Origin: Nitrososphaerota archaeon
Lineage (GTDB): Archaea; Thermoproteota; Nitrososphaeria; Nitrososphaerales; UBA57
Length of the DNA: 32,000 nt
Assembly (NCBI GenBank): GCA_002713205.1
Contig: PAVW01000009.1
Span: 1 to 32,000 of the forward strand
Direction: 5' to 3'
In this document: positions 26,142 to 32,000 of the stretch, piece by piece
How the letters are laid out: the number at the start of each line of letters is the position of its first letter
Numbering within the stretch: position 1 is the stretch's first letter
Notes under the pieces: generated by a model
Databases searched by the model: none
Told to the model about the DNA's origin: nothing
The model's input: the letters and a program-made list of their open reading frames with translations, nothing else
Program-made: the position numbers and the translations under genes

Positions 26142-27095
26142 TTGAGTAAACAGGACTTGATTAATTCTATACTTTCAGGCGATCATCGAGGATTAGCAAA
26201 AAGTATTTCAATGATTGAAGATGACGATCCTGATATTATCGATATTTTATCTAAAATTTATCATAAAACAGGACGTGCATTTGTTATTGGTATAACTGGA
26301 GCTCCAGGAACTGGTAAGAGTACTTTGATAAATAAGCTGATATCGACTTTTCGGAAACAAGATAAAAAGATCGGTGTCATTGCAGTTGATCCTACTAGTC
26401 CTTTAACTGGTGGTGCTCTGTTAGGGGACCGACTAAGAATGAGTGATCATTATTTGGATCCAGATGTTTACATTCGTAGTATGGCTTCTAGAAATAAACT
26501 CGGTGGGTTATCTAAAGCTACAAGGCGAAGCGTTTCTATATTGGATGCTTCTGGTCTTGATATTATTATTGTGGAAAGTGTAGGTACAGGTCAATCCGAA
26601 GTTGATATTCTTAAAATAACTGATGCTGTAGTTGTTGTTTTAATGCCTGAACTTGGTGATGATATACAAATCATTAAAGCAGGAATTATGGAAATTGGTG
26701 ATATATTTGTTGTTAATAAATCTGATTTACCGGGTTCTGATAAAATGACTAGTAAATTAATTCATGGCATTGCCAATTTAAAAAAAGATGGTTGGACTCC
26801 TCAAATTATCCAAACACAATCATTGACTGGAGTTGGAATTGATAAGTTGATTGATTCAATTAATTTTCGTCAAAATTTTCTTAAAAATTCAAAAAATTCT
26901 TTACAAATTCAAAGACAGAAAATAAAAAATCAAATTACAGAAACTATAATGTCTGATATTCAAGAATTATTTCAAAATCAGATATTTGATCATTTAGAAA
27001 TGAATGCTTTTGTAGATCAAGTTATGAACAAAGAAATTGACCCTGAATTAGCCGCAAAACGTTTATTATTGGATTTTAAAAAACGTATTGTTTAA
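26142..27095 (+). CDS. meaB: MeaB/ArgK-type G3E GTPase (MCM chaperone)
   Basis: It has the P-loop GITGAPGTGKST plus VESVGTGQSE and VVNKSD. It is 317 aa with a TTG start and is divergent from the MCM genes. Confidence 0.9.
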   Translation: MSKQDLINSILSGDHRGLAKSISMIEDDDPDIIDILSKIYHKTGRAFVIGITGAPGTGKSTLINKLISTFRKQDKKIGVIAVDPTSPLTGGALLGDRLRMSDHYLDPDVYIRSMASRNKLGGLSKATRRSVSILDASGLDIIIVESVGTGQSEVDILKITDAVVVVLMPELGDDIQIIKAGIMEIGDIFVVNKSDLPGSDKMTSKLIHGIANLKKDGWTPQIIQTQSLTGVGIDKLIDSINFRQNFLKNSKNSLQIQRQKIKNQITETIMSDIQELFQNQIFDHLEMNAFVDQVMNKEIDPELAAKRLLLDFKKRIV

Positions 27096-27826
27096 TCGCC
27101 TCTAGTTAGAATTCTAGAAAGCAATGCCGTTATCTCTGCTATTCCTTGATGAGTCATTGACGATACTGGAATTAGTTCCTCAAATAAATCTGCTTCTAAT
27201 AAATTACTTGCTATTCTGCTTGTTAAATCATGCATTTCCCCGTCTTTCGGTAAATTATTGAATATTTCTGTTGGATCTTCAGCCCATTTTAACAAATTTT
27301 CATCATTAATCAAGTCTTGTTTAGATAATACACAAATTTGTGGTATTTTGAGTTGAAGTTTAATTGAACTTGCTAATAATGCTATTGAAACAAAATTTTC
27401 AGGTTTAGATATTAATGTTGAATCACACAAAAAAATATTTGCTCTTCCTTGATCATTTATATTTTGTACAAAATATGGGCCGCTCGTTCTAAATGCAAAT
27501 AGTTCAATTTGCCCCGGCGTATCAAAAAATACATAATCTGGATTATATGTTTGAATAGTATCGTTTATTTCATCTATTTTTGACGTAATTAAATCGGCCG
27601 CTAAAATTACTGCTCCATTTGGCCCTAAATTATATTTTTCCATAATTTCGTTTATGCTAATAAAATCTCTAATATCTATATCTGCTGAATAGGGTAAATT
27701 ATTAACTCCTGGGTCTAAATTTACTGCAATTACCTCTTTCTCATTTTGTATAAATGAATCTGTTAATATTGAAGTTAATTGACTTTTTCCCGAACCAGCC
27801 GTCCCAGTTAAAAAAATTGAATTCAT
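27092..27826 (-). CDS. GPN-loop GTPase
   Basis: It has the P-loop GTAGSGKS, the GPN motif LGPNGA and FDTPGQIELF. It is 244 aa. Its 3' end has a 4-nt convergent overlap with meaB. Confidence 0.85.
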   Translation of the reverse strand: MNSIFLTGTAGSGKSQLTSILTDSFIQNEKEVIAVNLDPGVNNLPYSADIDIRDFISINEIMEKYNLGPNGAVILAADLITSKIDEINDTIQTYNPDYVFFDTPGQIELFAFRTSGPYFVQNINDQGRANIFLCDSTLISKPENFVSIALLASSIKLQLKIPQICVLSKQDLINDENLLKWAEDPTEIFNNLPKDGEMHDLTSRIASNLLEADLFEELIPVSSMTHQGIAEITALLSRILTRGD

Positions 27827-27899
27827 TATAATTTTATTAGATTTAACTTCTATAAATATTAAACAAAAAGGTTAACAATTTTGTATATTTATTTGTTTT

Positions 27900-28700
27900 A
27901 TGAGTTCTCCAAATAATTTCAATATTATTAGTGTTGGAAATGAATTACTTAATGGACATACACTTAATACAAATTTACACATTCTTTGTAAATCAATTGA
28001 AAATATAGGTGGTTTTGTTTCACGTGCATATATTGTTAAAGATGATTTTGCTGAAATTTCTTTTGCATTAAACAATTCCATTTCTGATGATTCATTTTGG
28101 ATAATTTTTTCAGGTGGATTGGGTCCTACTTATGATGATATTACTATTGAAGCAATTAGTAAATCATTAGATTTACCTTTAAAAATTAATAATGATGCTT
28201 TAGATATGATAAAAGCTTATTACGATAAACTTTTAAAAACTAAAATTATTTCAAATTATAATTTAACTACGACTAGAAAAAAAATGGCATTATTTCCAAT
28301 TGGTGGGATTCCTTTAAAAAATAATATTGGAACTGCACCTGGGATGTTGTTATCTAATTCTAATAAAAAGATAATTTGTTTACCCGGCGTTCCTGTTGAA
28401 ATGCAAGATATTTTAAATTGTGAAGTTATTCCTTTGATTAAATCAAAGATTATTAAAAAATTTAAAAAAGAAATTATTGTTTCTTTAAATGGTTTTACTG
28501 AATCTGATATATCGCCAATTTTGGAGTTACTTAATTTTAAATATCCTGATGTTTATATCAAATCTCATCCTAAAGGATTTAACGAAGGGATCTCTGAAAT
28601 TCAATTAGTGATTTCATCTGTTACAAATAGTTTATCAAATTCTTCTGATCGAGTTAATGAAGTTCTTAACCTTTGGAATGAAATGATTAAAAAAAATTAA
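27900..28700 (+). CDS. CinA-like / MoCF-biosynthesis-domain protein (COG1058-type)
   Basis: It has IISVGNELLNGHTLNTN and GGLGPTYDDIT motifs and is 266 aa. Confidence 0.75.
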   Translation: MSSPNNFNIISVGNELLNGHTLNTNLHILCKSIENIGGFVSRAYIVKDDFAEISFALNNSISDDSFWIIFSGGLGPTYDDITIEAISKSLDLPLKINNDALDMIKAYYDKLLKTKIISNYNLTTTRKKMALFPIGGIPLKNNIGTAPGMLLSNSNKKIICLPGVPVEMQDILNCEVIPLIKSKIIKKFKKEIIVSLNGFTESDISPILELLNFKYPDVYIKSHPKGFNEGISEIQLVISSVTNSLSNSSDRVNEVLNLWNEMIKKN

Positions 28701-28708
28701 TTATAATT

Positions 28709-28915
28709 TTATTTTTTTGAAAGCCACCATTGTAAATAATCATTATCTCGTCGTGAATCTTCTTTTTCTTTATATTTTTCATCTTGTCTTTTTTCTCTTA
28801 ATTTTACTATTTCATCTTTATTTACAAATATTCCACAGTTTTTACAAAAATATTTTCTTGTTGAATAATCAAATGTTAATTCTTTTTCACATTCTGGACA
28901 ATTAATCGCTGACAT
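28709..28915 (-). CDS. Small Zn-ribbon protein with a basic/acidic tail
   Basis: It is 68 aa with CPEC...CKNC (a single zinc ribbon) followed by a charged C-terminal helix. Confidence 0.55.
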   Translation of the reverse strand: MSAINCPECEKELTFDYSTRKYFCKNCGIFVNKDEIVKLREKRQDEKYKEKEDSRRDNDYLQWWLSKK

Positions 28916-29083
28916 AATTATGCTTTATTTAATAATTATTAAAATTAATATATTTGTATTTGATTTTTTTTTTGATTGTTTTATTGATTTTATGCTTTAT
29001 CAACAAATATTTACTATTTTATATATTATTTGTCTAATTGTAGATTAATTTGGTATATTTCTGTATAAACGTAATATTAATAT

Positions 29084-30286
29084 ATGACTATTTTGAACGA
29101 TTGTTCTATGGATGCTGGAAATATTACGTGGCTCTTAGTAGCCTCTGCATTAGTTATGTTTATGACTCCAGGTTTAGCATTTTTTTATGGCGGCCTAGTC
29201 AGAACAAAAAACGTGTTATCAATTATGATGCATTGTTTTACAATATTAGCAGTAGTAAGCATTACTTGGATACTTTGGGGTTATAGTCTTGCTTTTGGTT
29301 CATCTACTGCTGGACTTATTGGAAGTCTCGAGCACTTAGGGTTGAATGGAGTAGTAGGTGCTGAAGCTCAAACATTTATGATATTCCAAATGATGTTCGC
29401 TATTATAACTCCTGCTTTAATTGTTGGAGCGATTGCGGACAGATTCAAATTTAGCAGTTTGATTGCTTTTGTTATAATCTGGTCTACCTTTGTTTATTCT
29501 CCAATCGCTCATTGGGTTTGGGCTGAAGGTGGTTGGTTGTTTAATATGGGCGCATTAGATTTTGCTGGTGGAACAGTAGTTCATATCAGTTCAGGTTTTT
29601 CTGCTTTAGTGGCAGCTATTGTTATTGGTAAACGATCGGGGAAAATTACTGGCGAGCCTCATAATGTTCCTTATGTGTTGTTAGGCACTGCAATATTGTG
29701 GTTTGGTTGGTTTGGTTTTAATGCTGGTAGTGCATTAGCAGCAAATGATCAAGCAGTTAGCGCATTTCTTGTTACAAATACTGCAGCAGCTGCAGGAGCA
29801 CTAATGATGATGTTTTTGAGCTATCGTTCAACTGGGAAACCTAGTGTTGTTATGTTCGCTGTTGGGGCAGTAGCAGGATTAGTTGCTATAACTCCAGCTT
29901 CGGGTTTCGTTGGTCCTATGGCTGCCATATTAATTGGCGCTGGCGTTGGTTTGATTTCACACTTTACAATTCAATTTAAGAATAGTAAAGGGTGGGACGA
30001 TGCATTAGATGTCTGGGCTGTTCATGGAATGGGCGGTCTTTGGGGTGCATTAGCTACTGGATTATTCGCATCAGCAGCTATTGGTGGTACTGATGGTGTA
30101 TTTATGGGAGGATCTATTTCTGTACTTACTACTCAAATCATTGCAATAGTCGCAACAATTGCATATGCGGGAATATTGACATTTGTCATTCTCAAAATAT
30201 TAGACCAAACTCTTGGTCTTAGAATTAAGTCCGCTGATGAAGAGAATATAGATAAAGTACTTCATGGCGAAGCAGCATACACTTAA
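29084..30286 (+). CDS. amt: Ammonium transporter (Amt/MEP family)
   Basis: It has AFFYGGLVR, DFAGGTVVHISSG and WAVHGMGGLWGALATG (twin-His family motifs). It is 400 aa. An alternative start is ATG at 29108. Confidence 0.95.
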   Translation: MTILNDCSMDAGNITWLLVASALVMFMTPGLAFFYGGLVRTKNVLSIMMHCFTILAVVSITWILWGYSLAFGSSTAGLIGSLEHLGLNGVVGAEAQTFMIFQMMFAIITPALIVGAIADRFKFSSLIAFVIIWSTFVYSPIAHWVWAEGGWLFNMGALDFAGGTVVHISSGFSALVAAIVIGKRSGKITGEPHNVPYVLLGTAILWFGWFGFNAGSALAANDQAVSAFLVTNTAAAAGALMMMFLSYRSTGKPSVVMFAVGAVAGLVAITPASGFVGPMAAILIGAGVGLISHFTIQFKNSKGWDDALDVWAVHGMGGLWGALATGLFASAAIGGTDGVFMGGSISVLTTQIIAIVATIAYAGILTFVILKILDQTLGLRIKSADEENIDKVLHGEAAYT

Positions 30287-30324
30287 AAAAATGGGTATAA
30301 TAATACCCATTTTTCCTTTTTTTT
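30287..30324 (+). terminator. Hairpin plus oligo-T terminator after amt
   Basis: A perfect 12-bp inverted repeat AAAAATGGGTAT (30287-30298) / ATACCCATTTTT (30303-30314) closes a 4-nt loop. It is followed by CC and a T8 run (30317-30324). Confidence 0.6.
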
Positions 30325-30370
30325 ATGTTATGGTTATTAACTAATAGTTTCTTCTTTTATCTGAGTTTAA

Positions 30371-31258
30371 TTGTCTGATTGGTTGGTTCTAGCTGGTCCT
30401 GCATCTAAAGACTTGTCATATTCTCTCTCTAAATCACTTGATCTTGATATTATTGAAGTTGAATCAAAATCATTTCCAGATGGAGAAAGAAAAGTACGTT
30501 TTCAATGTGATGTTAAAAATAAGAATATCATATTTGTTCAAAGTTTACATCCGCCTATCGACACACATTTAATGCAGTTATTATTTACTATTCATAAACT
30601 TACTGATGAAGGGGCCAGAGTTTTTGCTTGTATTCCTTATCTTGCTTATGCTAGACAGGATTTAGAATTTCAAAAAGGCGAAGTAATTAGTCTTGGTGTA
30701 TTGTCAAGATTATTCAGGTCTGTTGGAGTTAGTTCTCTTGTTACGGTCGATATTCATAGCAGTCAAGGTTTGGGTTATTTTTCTTTTCCAACTTATAGTG
30801 TTTCTGCTATGCCAATGCTTGCAAATTATGCTAAAAATAATTTAAAGTTAGATTCTCCTGTTGCCGTATCGCCTGATTTTGGGGGATCTGCTAGAGTGGA
30901 AGCTTTTGCTAAAATTATGGATATTCCAAATATATCTCTAAAAAAATCTCGTAATCGAAATACTGGCGAAGTAATTATGGAAGAAAGTAATATAGAAGTT
31001 ACTGATCGTGATATTTTGTTAATTGATGATATGATTACTACTGGTAATAGTATTGTAAAGGCTGCAAAGTATCTTAAGAAATTTAATATTGGTAAAATAT
31101 ATGCGCTTTGTAGCCATGCAGTCTTGATTGATAACGCATCTTCAATAATTCAAGATGCCGGTGTAGAAGAAATAATTGCTACCAATACTATTCCTTGTAA
31201 TGTGAGTAAAGTTGACATCACTCCAATTCTTACAGAACACTTTAAAACAATCAGATAA
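30371..31258 (+). CDS. prs: Ribose-phosphate pyrophosphokinase (PRPP synthetase)
   Basis: It has FPDGE near the N-terminus and the PRPP-binding loop LLIDDMITTGNSI. It is 295 aa with a TTG start. Confidence 0.9.
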   Translation: MSDWLVLAGPASKDLSYSLSKSLDLDIIEVESKSFPDGERKVRFQCDVKNKNIIFVQSLHPPIDTHLMQLLFTIHKLTDEGARVFACIPYLAYARQDLEFQKGEVISLGVLSRLFRSVGVSSLVTVDIHSSQGLGYFSFPTYSVSAMPMLANYAKNNLKLDSPVAVSPDFGGSARVEAFAKIMDIPNISLKKSRNRNTGEVIMEESNIEVTDRDILLIDDMITTGNSIVKAAKYLKKFNIGKIYALCSHAVLIDNASSIIQDAGVEEIIATNTIPCNVSKVDITPILTEHFKTIR

Positions 31259-32000
31259 AGAACTCACTAAAGTCTTCTTTATTTTTTCTGGTGATTTTCC
31301 TAAACTAGGTTATAGTGAACTTAAAGCTATTTTAGAAATATATAATATTGATTATAAAGTTCTTTGTATAGAAAATCAATTTTGTTTAATTTCATTTAAA
31401 AACTTTAATGAAAAATATTTAATATTTTTTAAACGATTGGCTTATTGTAAAACTTTTGCACAATTGATTTTATCTTTTTCTGAAGATGAATCTGAATCAT
31501 TTATGACTTTCTCAATACATGATCTTTTTAATTCTGCAAAATCATTTGCTGTTAGACGCATTAGCGTTAATACTAAGAAATTAAATATTAATTATGAATC
31601 GATTATTGGTTCTAAGATTAAACAATTATATCCTAAATTTATTGTAAATTTAAATGATCCAGAACTTATTTTCATTATATTCTGTATTAATGATAGTATT
31701 TTTGTAGGTTTAGAATTGTATGATCATTCAAATAGATGGAATGATAGAAGGCCTCGTTCAAGACCTTTTTTTCTTCCATTTTCTTTATATCCTAAACTTT
31801 CTCGAGCATTAGTTAATTTAAGTCGTATAAAAGAAGAACAGATGCTGATTGATCCATTTTGCGGAACCGGTAGCATTGGTATAGAATCGTGTATGATGAA
31901 TGTTAATTTTATTGGTATTGAACTTAAACATTGGATTTGCATTGGCGCTTCAAAAAATTTTTCACACTTTAATCTTAAAAACTGGTTTATTTCTCAGGCA
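31212..32000 (+). CDS. THUMP-domain tRNA (guanine-N2) methyltransferase, Trm11/Trm-G10-like (3' end outside the window)
   Basis: My own translation is ...VFFIFSGDFPKLGYSELKAILEIY...RRPRSRPFFLPFSLYPKLSRALVNLS...LIDPFCGTGSIGIE.... DPFCGTGS is the SAM-binding motif. It is absent from the ORF track because the frame runs off the window. The only canonical in-frame start is TTG at 31212, which overlaps prs by 47 nt, so the true start is unresolved. Confidence 0.7.
   Translation, partial: MTSLQFLQNTLKQSDKELTKVFFIFSGDFPKLGYSELKAILEIYNIDYKVLCIENQFCLISFKNFNEKYLIFFKRLAYCKTFAQLILSFSEDESESFMTFSIHDLFNSAKSFAVRRISVNTKKLNINYESIIGSKIKQLYPKFIVNLNDPELIFIIFCINDSIFVGLELYDHSNRWNDRRPRSRPFFLPFSLYPKLSRALVNLSRIKEEQMLIDPFCGTGSIGIESCMMNVNFIGIELKHWICIGASKNFSHFNLKNWFISQA

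Noticed and set aside
27872-29286. ORFs 27872-28081 (minus strand), 28717-28905 (plus strand) and 29050-29286 (plus strand).
   Set aside because: The first is antisense to the CinA-like gene and the second to the Zn-ribbon gene. The third is an alternative frame overlapping the amt start. The motif-bearing frames win in each case.
31724-31942. The 72-aa minus-strand ORF.
   Set aside because: It lies antisense within the Trm11-like plus-strand reading frame, which carries the DPFCGTGS SAM motif.

Overview
This is an AT-rich (roughly 30% G+C by eye, not computed), very gene-dense archaeal chromosomal segment with about 40 protein genes, nearly all core housekeeping or energy metabolism. In order, it carries:
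- a Zn-ribbon protein plus aEF-1beta, and fixC with etfB/etfA;
- two phosphohexomutase paralogs and an OGG1-type glycosylase;
- a block of uncharacterised membrane proteins;
- an A2-type heme-copper oxidase cluster: a divergent coxIII-like gene, then small membrane proteins, coxII, coxI, a compact ctaA, a ctaG-like gene and ctaB;
- an SRPBCC-like protein, pterin-4a-carbinolamine dehydratase and aEF-1alpha;
- a CUT1-like ABC transporter whose candidate binding protein carries a polyacidic tandem repeat;
- split methylmalonyl-CoA mutase plus MeaB, a GPN-loop GTPase, a CinA-like protein, Amt, PRPP synthetase and a partial Trm11/Trm-G10-like methyltransferase.

The gene content (aEF-1alpha/beta, GPN GTPase, split MCM+MeaB, Amt, HCO) suggests a low-GC TACK/Thaumarchaeota-like (Nitrosopumilales-like) organism. 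That assignment is inference only. I saw no mobile elements, CRISPR arrays, rRNA or obvious defence island.

The stand-out feature is the only GC-rich non-coding island, 17475-17675. By hand I resolve it as a tRNA-Tyr(GUA) gene interrupted by five introns. Each intron is bounded by an exact 3-nt bulge / 4-bp helix / 3-nt bulge (BHB) motif, giving six exons, one of only 6 nt.

Secondary observations are pervasive TTG/GTG start codons, convergent gene overlaps, a near-perfect SESGED-type DNA repeat expansion, and a cysteine-pair polytopic membrane protein next to the oxidase cluster.
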